From NCBI GenBank assembly GCA_026936335.1, contig JAPMXV010000067.1:124001-188000 (forward strand): 64,000 nucleotides of DNA, written 5' to 3'. The stretch comes from Mantamonas sphyraenae STR306 (taxonomy: Eukaryota > Protista > CRuMs). How positions within the stretch are numbered: position 1 is the first letter of the stretch; each line of letters starts with the position of its first letter. Positions 1 through 12,203 of this stretch are shown here, piece after piece. Position numbers and translations under genes: made by a program. Below the pieces are notes generated by a model. The model was not told the DNA's origin and did no database searches. It worked only from the letters and a program-made list of their open reading frames with translations.

Positions 1-132
1 GTGCATGTGCATGCCCACAGGCGCCGGCACATTGGACACATTCCTGCGCTGCCGGCGTCCGTTTTTGCAGCCGTTTGTTTCCCCTCTTCTTGCCCCTTCG
101 TCGCTAACCGCGCCCACGTTGCCACGGCACAG

Positions 133-1476
133 GAAACCGTCATTCCCTACGATTCCCTGGACGAGTGTGCGCCCGAGGACATCAAGGAGCTGCTGTCGGG
201 TCTGGTGGTGCTCAAGCTCAACGGCGGTGAGTTTTCGGGGTTGTGTGCAGAGGGAAAGGGAATGACGCAACCCTCAAAGTCACTGACACAACACCCCCCC
301 CCCCGGCTTCGCACAGGACTGGGCACAACCATGGGCTGCAAGGGACCAAAGAGTGCCATCGAGGTGCGCGACGACATGACGTTCCTGGACCTGACGGTGC
401 GGCAAATCGAGTTTCTGAACGACAAGTACGACGTGGATGTGCCGCTGGTGCTGATGAACTCGTTCAACACGCAGGCGGAAACGGAAAAGATTGTGCGAAA
501 GTACGACCAGCACAACGTCAACGTGGTGTCGTTCCAACAGTCGCAATACCCGCGTATCAGCAAGGACACGCTGTTGCCCATTGTGAACGGTGAGGACAAG
601 GACAACAAGGACGGGTGGTATCCTCCGGGCCACGGCGACATCTACTCGTCGTTTTACAACTCGGGACTGATGGAATCGTTCCTGCAACAGGGCAAGAAGT
701 ACCTGTTTCTGTCCAACGTGGACAACCTGGGTGCCACGGTGGACCTGAACATCCTGCGTCACTTTGCCGCCCAGAACCTGGAGTTCATCATGGAGGTCAC
801 CGACAAGACACGCGCCGACGTGAAAGGCGGCACCCTCATCGAGTACGAGGACCGCGTCAAGTTGCTCGAAGTGGCCCAGGTGCCGGCAGAGAACCTGGAG
901 GAGTTTAAGAGCATCAAAAAGTTCAAGATCTTCAACACCAACAACCTGTGGATCAACATCGAGGCCGCACACAAGGTGGTCACACAGGGCAACCTCAAGC
1001 TGGAGGTGATCCAGAACAACAAGACGGTCAACGGGGTCAAGGTGATCCAACTCGAGACGGCCTGCGGTGCTGCCATCCAACACTTTGAGCGCAGCGTGGG
1101 CATCAACGTGCCTCGCTCTCGCTTCCTGCCGGTCAAGAGCACTTCCGACCTGTTTATTGTGCAGAGCAACCTGTTTGAGGTGAACCACGGCAGTTTGGTG
1201 ATGAACCCGCGCAGGCAGATCTCCACCGTGCCTCTCGTCAAGCTCGGACCCAAGTTCAAGCATGTCGACGCCTACATGGAGCGCATCAAGTCGCCCCCCG
1301 ATCTGCTCGAGTTGGACCATCTCACCGTCAGTGGCGACGTCACTTTTGGGTCGGATGTGTCGTTGAAGAGCACGGTGATCATTGTTGCTGCACAGGGTGC
1401 ACGCATCGACATCCCCTCCGGATCCAACCTGGAGAACAAAGTCATTACGGGCGATTTGCGCATCATGGACCACTGA
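133..1476 (+). CDS. UGP2: UTP--glucose-1-phosphate uridylyltransferase (UDP-glucose pyrophosphorylase), 5'-partial; exons 133-226 and 317-1476, with an upstream intron ending at 132
   Basis: Removing the GTGAGT..CAG intron 227-316 (branch CACTGAC) restores KLNGGLGTTMGCKGPKS. WYPPGHGD, SNVDNLGA, KTRADVKGG, FNTNNLW and RSRFLPVK are also present. Confidence 0.96.
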   Translation, partial: ETVIPYDSLDECAPEDIKELLSGLVVLKLNGGEFSGLCAEGKGMTQPSKSLTQHPPPRLRTGLGTTMGCKGPKSAIEVRDDMTFLDLTVRQIEFLNDKYDVDVPLVLMNSFNTQAETEKIVRKYDQHNVNVVSFQQSQYPRISKDTLLPIVNGEDKDNKDGWYPPGHGDIYSSFYNSGLMESFLQQGKKYLFLSNVDNLGATVDLNILRHFAAQNLEFIMEVTDKTRADVKGGTLIEYEDRVKLLEVAQVPAENLEEFKSIKKFKIFNTNNLWINIEAAHKVVTQGNLKLEVIQNNKTVNGVKVIQLETACGAAIQHFERSVGINVPRSRFLPVKSTSDLFIVQSNLFEVNHGSLVMNPRRQISTVPLVKLGPKFKHVDAYMERIKSPPDLLELDHLTVSGDVTFGSDVSLKSTVIIVAAQGARIDIPSGSNLENKVITGDLRIMDH

Positions 1477-1608
1477 GCAAGGAGTGAGGAAAGGCCAACA
1501 ACGCAATGGAGACATCATGGAAACCCCGCCGAACGAACCAAATCAACCCCCCAAAACCCTTCTGAAACCCACCCTGCACGTGGGCCTGCATCAACCAGAT
1601 CCGAAACG

Positions 1609-4600
1609 ATGTCCAGGCACCACCGCCTCGGCAGCTTGCATCGGATCGTGCGGCTGGTCGTGGTCCTGTGTGTGTGGTTGTGCCTGGCGACCGTGCTAGG
1701 CGCGCGTGGAGAGGAATGCGCAACCTACACAGCCAGGTTCAACGACCAGCCAGCGCGCACACATTCACCCGCAGAAACACAATGCCCACCACAGACGTGG
1801 ACAGGTACGCAGACGCACACACATGCACCCGGTCTCCTCCACCGACTGTCGGGCGATTCCGGCCGCCGTTGGTTGGACGTTAGTCCGGGCCCACTTCCAG
1901 ATCCCCGCTCGCATGGGCCCGTTTTTCCCACCTGCCCACGCGCCACTGACGCATCCGCCACGCCGTACACCAGTGTACACAGACCACATCCGTGCAGGAG
2001 AACACATCACAGTCGTCGTCCAGCTGCCAAAGACGCAGCACGAGACTGCCACAGAGGCCCAAGTGCACACCAGCCGTTTTCAACTTTGGCTGGGCCAACA
2101 TCGTGTGCACAGGCCACAAACACACATGCGCCGCTGTGCAGGCGTGCACTACGTTGAACTGAGGGCACGCGTGACACAAGCAGGCACACACGAAATCAGG
2201 GTGCAGCGTGGCGACGGCGTCGACCTGTGCCACGCGGGGCCCAATCACGCCGTCGTCCACCCGGGCCCTGTGCACGTTGGCATGACATCGCTTGTGCACG
2301 AGATGGCCCGCGATGCCATACAATCAGCACCGGCGCTGATTCTGCGCGACCGCTACGGGAACATTGCACACTCTTCGGTACGTGGCGGAGGGTCTCGAAA
2401 TTTCGGAAAGCAGAAAAATGTTTCCACCGTGCAAGGTTTTGGGACGGCACGTACGCCACGAGCGTTGTCCCCTGCGTTTCACTGACACGCACACACGCAT
2501 GCCACACAGGAACTGGAGAGCATGGACGTGAGCGTGAGGTGTGAACTCGTGGAGGCGGACGGCACGAGGCACGCCTTGGTTGCACAGAGAAACTCGTCCC
2601 CTCTGAGGCCTCTCGCTTGCCCTTCCGCAAACGGGCCTTGTAGGCGAGCACAGCGGCATCCACACACCCTGCACGTATACACCTTGTACAGTAGGCCCAA
2701 CCAACATATTTCGGGCTCCCCCCTGGCCATGCCGGGCGACGACCACACGGACGCACATCAAGAGGAGGCTGCCGTGGAAGGTCGACGCGCGCTTCCTTCT
2801 TCCCAAGCCCCGTCCTCGCCACACAGGGCATCCCACACCTCCATCTCGCTTCAGACCAACCAACGCATGCGTGCCATGGGCGACATGAGCACGGACAGCT
2901 CACCAGGCGTTCAGAGGCCTCGGGACGACGACTACGACGACAACAACAATAACATGGGGGGTGGGGGCCCTCTGTGCCCGTCCAACGCACAGTACCAGAA
3001 ACACAGCAACTCGTGCGAATGCAATCCGGGCTTCTACACACGCGCGAGCAGCAACGGCAACTTTGCGTTCCAGTGCTCACGGTGTCCGCTGGGCGCGGTG
3101 TGTGCAGGTGGGCAATCGCCACCGGTGTCTGCAGCCGGGTATCGCCAGCAGACGGGCAATGAGTTGCGCTTCTTCCGATGCTACCCGGCACAGGCATGCC
3201 TGGGTGCCAACCAGTGTGCCCCTGGCTACACCGGACCCCAGTGTCTGGCGTGTGCGGGCAACTACTTTCGCGAACTGACGCGGTGTGTGCCCTGTCCCGA
3301 GCTGCAGTACGACACGCACCTGTTTGGCCTTGCGCTGAGTCTCACCGCCCTCTTGGTGCTGTTTGTGTGGCACGTGCGTGTGTCGGCTGTGCGTGGCACG
3401 CTGCTGCTCACCGTGCGCAAAACCCACGAGTTTCTGCACTTTTGCGTGCTGCTGACGCTCATTGAACACGACTGGCCCTCGTCCGTGTACCGTCGCTTCC
3501 AGTGGCTCTACACGGTGATTACGCTGCAAACCAACTCGGCGTTGAGTCTGCAGTGTTCGCCGTCCAACTGGACGCCGTTCCAGCTGTGGCTCATTGCCAC
3601 CGTGACACCCCTGCTCAGCATCATTGTCTCCATGTTCATCTCCATTGTATTTTCGTATCGCGACCGCTTCTTTTTCTCCATCATGCACGCCGCACGCGTG
3701 GGTGCCCTGCTACTCTTTCTCATCTACCCGTACTGGGTGCTGCAGGGCCTCAAGGTGTTTCAGTGCACCGCTGTCGACGGCATGCCCACCACCAGGCTGA
3801 TCATGTTTCCCCAGGTGTCCTGTCGCTTTGACGACGCCACCTGGGGTGCTCTGGTTCCCTGGGCCCTCCTCCTCCTCCTCGTCACAGGCGTCGTTCTACC
3901 CTACCTCCTGTACACCGTCTACACACGCCGTGCCTCGTGGTGGCATGCACGCGACATGCAACGCGTCAGCGCGGTCGACTTTGTCCTGGGCTGGCTGTGG
4001 TACCCGTTTACGGAGAACCACTCGCGGTGGTCCCTCCTGCCCTGGCTCACACGTGCCATGTTTCTCTTTGTCGTCATGTTTATCCAACAGAGCATTCTGG
4101 TCACCGTGCTCACCGCCGCCCAGATCCTCCTCTACGTGTATGTGCAACACTCGGTGTCGCCGTACTCGGTGGAACTGTTGCCGCGCACGAAAACCATCTC
4201 CCGCCGCACCGCCCTCCAGGTGCTCGAGTACGCCCACCAGGGCATCTTTATCTTCATCATGGGCCTGGGTTTCCTCTACGGCGCCACCGACGACATGGCT
4301 GCCGAGGGCACCATCACCACCTTTATCGTGATTGCCGTGACTTCCGGCGTCGTGTTGAGCATCATTTACCCCGTGCTCACACGCCGCTCCTTTGTCCTCC
4401 TCTCCCTGAAAATGTGCGTCAAGGTGGGACTGGCGCCCTATCTCAAGCCCTCGCACGACCCCATGTTTCCGCAGCGGCACTACATCGACGTGAACGACCC
4501 CACGGTGGATCTGTTTTACTTGCTGGCCACCACCCCGGCCACGTCGGTCATCTTTCTGGCACACGGGTTCACACGCATGGACATTGCGCGTCTGCTGGCC

Positions 4601-5683
4601 AGCTGGATGCAGTCGCCTGTGTTTGGCGACGACGGCAGCATGGGTTTCCGCATGGAAGCGTTGCACTCGAGCAAACTGCCGCAATCCAACCCGTTCTCCG
4701 CCGCGGAATCGTCGCGTGGCGTGAGCCGTGCCTCGACACGTTCGGCCAGCAGCCTGTCGCACCTCAAGGCGTGGATGGGTCGCGGTCGTGTGATGCCACG
4801 TGACGAAATGCTGTCGCCCGAGGACGCGGATTCGGTGGACGATATGATGACGTTTGACACCGACGAGGAGGATCCCACGCAAGGGTACCGTCTGTTCATT
4901 TGCAACCCGTTTGTGCACGTGACCATCATGGATCGTCTGCTGATGGACCTCCTGGACCCGTTGGCACGACTGTACGGCAGGCGAAACGCCACGCTGAAGC
5001 ACCTGCGTGTGACGAGCGTCCAAGAGGAGCCCATGCGTATGGCGTCGTCGTACGTGCATCGGCGTGCGCTGATGACGCAACCTCGGCTGGTGCGGCTGTT
5101 GAACAAAGTCAACCGGCGCACAAACCGCAGGTCGCACCCGTCGCTGGTCACCCTGGACGGCCTCCTCAACTCGGAGGTGGTCAGCACGGAACTCAACGTC
5201 ATTGGATGCTACCAAGGTGGCACCCAACGCGCACGGCAGTTCCACCGCAGCAAGAGTCTCGAGGGTCTGGACGGCTATGTGGGCGACGACGACGAGCATC
5301 TGCACCACGACGGCGTGGGCGGCGTAGGCATTGTGCCACCCGCACCCAACCTGTCCACCAACATGCCCGGCCACTCGCCACCTTCGTCACGTCGCACCCT
5401 GGGTGGCGGAGGTATCACTCGTCTGCAGGCCATCCTGGATGCAGACGGCGCAGATGGCGAGGAGGAGGAGGATGAACACGAAATGGGGGAACAGGGAACG
5501 CAGGGCGCTGCTGCCGGTGGAGACAACATGGTGATGGTGCGCAACACAAGGCACGGCAGACCCAAACGCAACATGGTGGCCCTCTCCGCTGCAAACCGAC
5601 AGCGTATCAAGCGTCAGACAAGCGCCACAAGTGGCAGCGAGGGCAGTGATTCCGGAGAGTCGGGTGAGGCTGTTGGGATGTGA
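1609..5683 (+). CDS. Secreted-type receptor-like protein: signal peptide, Ig/filamin-like segment, Cys-rich repeats, ~7 TM helices, disordered C-tail; introns 1805-1973 and 2378-2509
   Basis: Hydrophobic leader (IVRLVVVLCVWLCLATVLG). Two phase-compatible introns with CTGAC branch points join ORFs 1609, 1706 and 2522. Contains CECNPGFY..CSRCPLGAVC..CYPAQACLGANQCAPGYTGPQC and multiple hydrophobic helices. Confidence 0.75.
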
Positions 5684-5758
5684 ATCACGAATGGAAATGT
5701 GTTCTCGCGCCTCTCATTGCGAGCGGTGCGGCATCCCAAAAAAGAACACCCGCTCAGG

Positions 5759-8700
5759 ATGCAGCTGAAGCGCATCTTGCAGCACCAACACCCATGGAGA
5801 GCATGGGTGTGTGCATATATTTTAGTCTGCGTGGTGGCTGTGCACGCAGAAGTGCAGGGTGAGTGGCTGCGGGTGGCCGTTTGTAACGGATGTGGGTGCT
5901 GCGCTGAAATTGGCAATCTTGCCCCGGAGTGGCCGCAACTCGACAGGGAAACACGCTGCTGACACATACAACACACAGCATGCACACACGTCACCGATAC
6001 AAGCAAGGTGCCAAGCGACAGCTGGAGTGTGCATCACACAGAAGATGGGGCGTGGCTGAGCGGGAATTTTCTCGGCGCACGTTCACGTTTGCAGCAAGAA
6101 GGCACCGTGTCGGCACGCGTGTTTGTGCTTGCCTCTGAGCAAGCAGTGTACAGAATGCAAGCATGCATGCAGGCACGCACGTGTTTGCGCATGCTGACCA
6201 AGGAATGCAATGCTGCAGCAGGGTGCCGCACGGTGCAAGTGCAGGCAGAAGGTGCAGGAACCCCTGCAACGGGTCGCCTTTTCCTGCCCCGTGAGCCTCA
6301 CTGGCTGCTTGTCGTAGTCCAGGGGGGCCACACAGGGCAAGAGACACACGACACACACTCATGTACGGCGCAATTTATGACATCGACGGACGTTTCAACG
6401 CACACGGCCTCGAGAACATCTGTGACCACTGGCGACCTGGACTATTCCGCCCCTCCAGGCGGCCCAGGCCCTGGAGGCCCACCACCGCCTTCGCCGCCGC
6501 CTCCTTCGCTGCCGCCTCCGACACCGACACCCACAGCAGCACCTTCGTCGACAGCGACGCCGACGCCGAATTGCAACGATGGGTATGTGTTGAGCGAAGG
6601 CCAGTGTGCGGCGTGCCCCAAAGACACGGTGCAGGTGGGTTCCTCCTGTGCACCGTGTCCCACACATGCACGCAGCAAACAGTCCAGTGCTTCCACAGAG
6701 TGTGTGTGCAACGTAGGCTTCTACGAAACGTGGTCAACCACGCGCGGCAGCAAGGTCGCCACCTCGGCGGCTGTGGTGGCACCTGCTTCTTCCCCCAGGG
6801 ACACCAACACTCTCGTTGTCACCACACGGAGTGACGATGACGATGATGATGATGATGACGATGACGATGATGATGATAAGAAGCCCAAGTTTACGTGCAC
6901 GGCATGCCCGTCGGGGGCCGAGTGTTTGGGCCAGGGAGGGGGACCCGTGGCACTGGGTGGCTACTTCAAGGTGGGCACTTCGTTCAAGCAATGCTACCCG
7001 AGCGATGCGTGCATGAAACACTCTGTGTGTGCGCCCGGGTATGCAGCGTCGCAATGCGTACAGTGCAAGACGGGGTTCCGGCGTCTGTATGGCCGTTGCC
7101 GCGCCTGTGCCTCGGGAGAGGCCATCAACAGCGTCCTGTTTATGTTTTTGGTGTTTGCCGCTGTGTCGTACCTGTACACGGCCTTGAGCATGTACAGCGC
7201 TGGGGATCCGAATGCGATTATGCGGGAAATCCCCAAGGGTCTGCTGTGGAGTCAAATGGCCATGGCAGTGTCTGCAAACATCCAACACACATCCGTGACC
7301 AACGCCATCCACACGCTGTCGGCCGTGCTTGTGCTGCGGTTCGACAAGTGGCTGGGCAGCGTGTGTGCCTGGCAGTGGTCCTTTTCCACGCTGTGGTTTG
7401 CCAGCGTGGGTGTGCTGCTGGTGATGACCGTGGCCGCCTGCACCGTGTTTTCAATCATGATTGTGGGTGCTCAGCGTCTGCGTGACGTGTCGCATCTGAC
7501 GTCGCGTGTGGCACACATGGTGTGTGCGCTGGGCGGGCCCACTCTGTTTCTGTACGCCCTTCAGGGTGTCCATTGTGTGTACATCGATCCACGCGACACC
7601 TTTACCGTGCTGGCGGCCGATCCCACCGTGCGGTGCGACAGCAGCGACCCGGAGTATTCCAAGGTCTTTCTGCCTGCCCTCATGCTTCTCATAGGCTCGG
7701 TGTTGTTCCCCTTCTACCTCGCCTACGGCATCCGCGCACGTCACAAGGCGGCGGAGCAGCTGGACGAGCGTGCGGTGCTGGTGAACGACTACCACCTGGG
7801 CTGGCTCAGTTTCAAGCTCGAGCCGCAGCGCTGGTACTTCCCCAGCATGATCATGGTGGAAAACTATGTGGTGGTGCTGGTGGTGACCTTTGTAGAGGAT
7901 GGCTTCATGGCCCTGTTTGCGGTGCTGCTCATCAACGTGCTGTTCCTCGTCGTGCACAGGTACATGAAGCCGCACCAGTGTGCACTGCGCGACCATCTCA
8001 AGTCGTGCGACTGCACCGTGACCACCATGGACGTGATGTGGCTTGGTGTGCGTGTGGCCACCATCCTGATCTGGATCCTGATGCTGATTGTGCACACTGC
8101 CACCGATGACCCCACACGCACCGCCTGCTCCGTTCTTATTCTTGTCCTCTGGATCCTCGTCACCTTTAGCAGTGTGTTTGAGCCCGTGCTCACCGAAGAA
8201 GCCTACGACGAGTTTCGCCTCAGCCTGCTTGTGCGCAGGCGTCTCAGCAGAGTGGTCAGCGACGTAGATGCAGAGGACCAGCGCAGGGGCTACGAACAGT
8301 ACTCGAGCCAGGATGTGCTCGAGCCTGCGCTCGATCTGTTTCAGGAAATGATGGTGGGTGGCCTGAGCAGGGAGCTGGTGCAGCTGTACAGCTACGACAT
8401 GGGCGACGTGGCCTCCATCCTGTACGGTTGGATGAACACACGCTACTACATCGACGGCGTGCGACGCTACCAGTGCGAGTTTCGGCCCGTACAGCTGCCC
8501 AGCGGCGAGTACGGCTATCGCATGTTCTACCTCAAGCGAATGGTGCGCTGGACCTGGATCGACTCCATTTCCTTTTACTTCACCTTTGTCAGCAGCGGCG
8601 TGCGCCTGAGCCTTTGTGACACAAACCAAGTGGAGCCCAAGATGGTGTTGCCTTCGCGCAGCGGCGGTGCCATGGGCCACCACGGCGGATTGGTGCAGGT

Positions 8701-10390
8701 GACCCCTGGCCAGAGTCCCGCCGGCGCCATGCAGCATGTCAGCATGGAGATGGAGGTGATGACCCTCAATCCATCCATGGTGCTGCTCGATGCCCTGCTC
8801 ACCAGTGTGCAGGGACCCGGGGCAGATGACATGAGCGAAATGTTTGACTATGCCAACTACAGTGGGCGGTGGGAGTACGACTTTCGCATGATCAGCCGCT
8901 TTGTGGGCACACCCAACTTTCCCGAAGCGGAAAGGAGTGGCGCGGGGCGTCGTGGCGGCGGCGGCGGCGGTGCAGGAGGAGGTGGCGCCGGAGGCGTGGA
9001 GAGCTGGCGTGGCGGCGAACACATCCCGGATCGATCCATGGGTGTGTCGCCCGGGTGGGACGACAGCATGTCGATGACGTCGTTGTCGTCGTCTCATGTG
9101 AGTGCGGTGGCCGGAAGCGCAATGCAGGCGGGGGGAGGAGCAGGGACCACGGGCGTGCGTACGACGACGATGCATGGTACCATGACTGCGGATTCGGGCA
9201 CAGAGCTGAGCGATGACGAGGATAATGAGGACGATGAGTACGACGACGACCTGTCCTTTGTGTATGGCAACATCCACCAGCGTGGTTCGCTGGACACCAT
9301 TGTGCGGCCGCAGTCACCCGGAACCTACTCGTCGCCAAAGCGCATGGAGCACGTGCCGCGTGTCAAGCAATACGGCATGAACAGCCTTCCCACCCTGCAG
9401 GTGGATCTGTCGGTGGACCAGCAGCGAGACAGCAGCGTGGGTGCACGTCGAGCAGGCGACAGCAGCAGTGGCATGCACCGCCATCACCATCACCCACACC
9501 AGCATCACGGCCAGGCCCAAGGACAGGGGCAGAATGTGCACAACGCACAGGTGCACCGTCAGCAGCAGCAACGTGGCCGTCGCCACCATTCGCAAAACCA
9601 CACTTCGCTGAGGGTGGCACCCGTGATCGTTGGATCGTCGTCGTCGTCGTCGGCGTCGTCGGCGTCGATGTATGCACGTGGACCACACGGACTTGGCCAG
9701 GAGGACGATTCGTGGGACGACGGTGGCGACGGACGGTACGTGGAAGAGGAATTGATGCATGCCCAGATGGTGCGTCGATCGAGCAACCTGTCTGCACATG
9801 AGCCGGTGCGACCGCGTATGATGATGGAAGAGGCGTCCATGGGCGATTCCTTGCCCGACGTGGGTGCCGCACGGCTGGAGCAGCAGATGCGGCAACACCT
9901 GTCTGCATACGTCAAGACAGGTAGTTTGCCAGGACGAATGGATCCGCAGCTGCAGGAGATGCTCAAGGCGTACCTGAACAAGATGAATGCGGCCGAGGCG
10001 CAGGCCGAGGCAGAGTTGGGTGCCCTGCGAGGTGCGGGCGAGTGGGAAGGGGGTGATTCGTCCACCGAAGACAGCAGTCACCTCGCCGCAGAGGCGGAGC
10101 TGAGTGACAATTGGATTCCAGACACATCAAGTGCGGGAGAGGACACACGTGAACTTGCTCGACATGCCTCGGAGCTGCTGGTGCCGCCGGGACGTCGAAT
10201 GATGCAACGTCGGCGATCCAACAGCGACGACGGACAGATGCGGGAGGTGGCACGCCACAATGAGGAGGCGTATGCGATGGAGGCACAGGCGCACGTGGAG
10301 ATTGGTGCCCAGAGTGAGTGGAGTGGGGCAGAGTGGGACATGAGCGACGATTCGCTCATGTCTGACCGGTTTTCCGTCGATGGAGGATGA
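5759..10390 (+). CDS. Paralogous Cys-rich/7TM receptor-like protein with a Pro-rich linker and long low-complexity C-tail; intron 5859-5978
   Basis: Signal-like exon MQLKRILQ..AYILVCVVAVHA joins in phase to ORF 6008. Contains CVCNVGFY..CPSGAEC..CYPSDAC..CAPGY..C repeats, and its TM block resembles that of the upstream gene. Confidence 0.75.
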
Positions 10391-10460
10391 TTGGGCGGGT
10401 AATGTACATGTTTCATCACAGTATAGCGTGGAAGTGGTGTTTGGTGTTGGGCTGGCTTGT

Positions 10461-11888
10461 TCAGACGGGTTGCGTTGAAAGCACGGGCAGACGACGAACA
10501 ATTTGAAAGGGCAGGCTACCAGGACGATCCTGAAACGGAGCCAGCAAGGACAGACGAGTTGCCACATCTTCGTTGTCATCTTCGTCGTCGTCGTACACAT
10601 GTTCGCTGTGGTCCACAGACCATTCTGGGTCATTGTGGGATGAGTCCTGGTCGTCCAGATCGTCAGAGAGATGCACCTGCAGTTGTGCAAGCTGCACAGG
10701 CGCTTGGGTGTCTCCTGTCTGTGTTTGTGTCTGTGTCTGTGTCTGTGTCTGTGTTCCTGTGGCCTGTGCTTGGTCGTCGCCGTCGAGAGTGGGTGTGGGC
10801 TGGTGGGTGGAATCGTCGTCCCCGCCGTCCTGCCGCAACACAGCCTGCAGCTCACCCGTCAGCGCACTGCTGAGCTGGGCCAGGCGTTCGCGTGCAAAGA
10901 GCATGCCCAGGGTGAGGAGAAGAAAGAGGGCGACAGAGAGCCAAGCCTCTGCGCCGACACTGACCAGGAGCATGATCACCCAACAGGGAAACGTGTACCG
11001 CAGACTGCTGCGAAGGTTGCTGTGGTTCTTCAACGCTTGGGTGGCCCAACGTGTGCGATGGCGTCGTGGGATGCCATTCTGCACGGCCGAGGCACGCAGG
11101 GCGGGTTCTCGCGGAGAGAAAAGGCCGGCGTACACAAAAACGGCCATCACTGGCGGCACCAGCGTCAGATTGGAGAGGAAGCCGGCAAAGGCACTGCGCC
11201 ACATGCTCGACATCCAGCTGTACATGTTGAGGGCGGCCGCAACGACCAGAGCAAGGATGACGGGGCCGACACGTGCGGCAAGCGAGTTTGTGGCCTGGAT
11301 GAGCAGGCAGGCGTCGTTGGTGAGCCCGAGACGACCCAAGAGACGGGGTGTGGGCCTGTGGATGGTGCAAAGGGGCACTCTACGTGCCTGAAGGATGCCG
11401 ATGATTGTGGAGGCCTCGAGGTCGGTGAGGGAGTGGAGAACCATGTTGCGGTGCAGGGGGGTCTCGTGCGCCCAGAGAAGGGGCACCTCTGGCTGGAAAA
11501 TGATGTCCAGGCATGGTTGGTTGTCCATCTGCGCGGAAAAGGCGACGATGTGATTCCAGGGCACCGTCATGTGGCTGTGTGCGGCGCGGCGAAACTCTCC
11601 GCTGGCCAGGGTGATCCCCATGGCGTCGAGATGGATGGTGCAGTTTTGGGAGCGGAGGAGGACAAAGCCAAGAAGGGAGGAGAGGACACAGAGGACAATG
11701 GCCACGGCGGTGAGGATGGAAAACAGGTCATCCTTGGCGGCGGGGTTGACGGCCGAGACGCCGTAGTCGTTGCGTCTGTCCAATGCCACCAGAGCCAGAA
11801 GCACGGCACCCATGGCCAGTAATGAGACCATCAGGCCACGTGACAGTCGTGGGTTCCATCTCCATCTGGGGATGGTCAGGGTGGGCAT
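10461..11888 (-). CDS. Hypothetical multi-pass membrane protein with a TQ-repeat/acidic tail
   Basis: Long ORF filling the gap between flanking genes, with ~6 hydrophobic helices. First ATG is at 11888. No family recognised. Confidence 0.55.
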   Translation of the reverse strand: MPTLTIPRWRWNPRLSRGLMVSLLAMGAVLLALVALDRRNDYGVSAVNPAAKDDLFSILTAVAIVLCVLSSLLGFVLLRSQNCTIHLDAMGITLASGEFRRAAHSHMTVPWNHIVAFSAQMDNQPCLDIIFQPEVPLLWAHETPLHRNMVLHSLTDLEASTIIGILQARRVPLCTIHRPTPRLLGRLGLTNDACLLIQATNSLAARVGPVILALVVAAALNMYSWMSSMWRSAFAGFLSNLTLVPPVMAVFVYAGLFSPREPALRASAVQNGIPRRHRTRWATQALKNHSNLRSSLRYTFPCWVIMLLVSVGAEAWLSVALFLLLTLGMLFARERLAQLSSALTGELQAVLRQDGGDDDSTHQPTPTLDGDDQAQATGTQTQTQTQTQTQTGDTQAPVQLAQLQVHLSDDLDDQDSSHNDPEWSVDHSEHVYDDDEDDNEDVATRLSLLAPFQDRPGSLPFQIVRRLPVLSTQPV

Positions 11889-12203
11889 CGATGCCGGAAG
11901 TGCTTTTTGCTTTGGTTGCAACTGCGTGGAGACGGGATTTCATTCATCTCTGTCACTGTGCAAGCAACACTTGTGGTCAGAATGTGATGTGATGTGAATG
12001 AAGGGGGATCCATTGTGTGTGTGTGTGCATGGTCCGTCCACGGCGCAGTTTACCACAAACCAAAAGTGAGTGCTCTGTGTGTGTGTGTGTGCGCGCAGTG
12101 AGGGAGTGGGGCATTGTGGTGGATGGACGGCGTGTGGTGGCTGTGTGAGGCAATGGGGGCTGACACGGGGGGTTGGATGTCGTCGTTTTTGGGGGAGCAG
12201 AAG

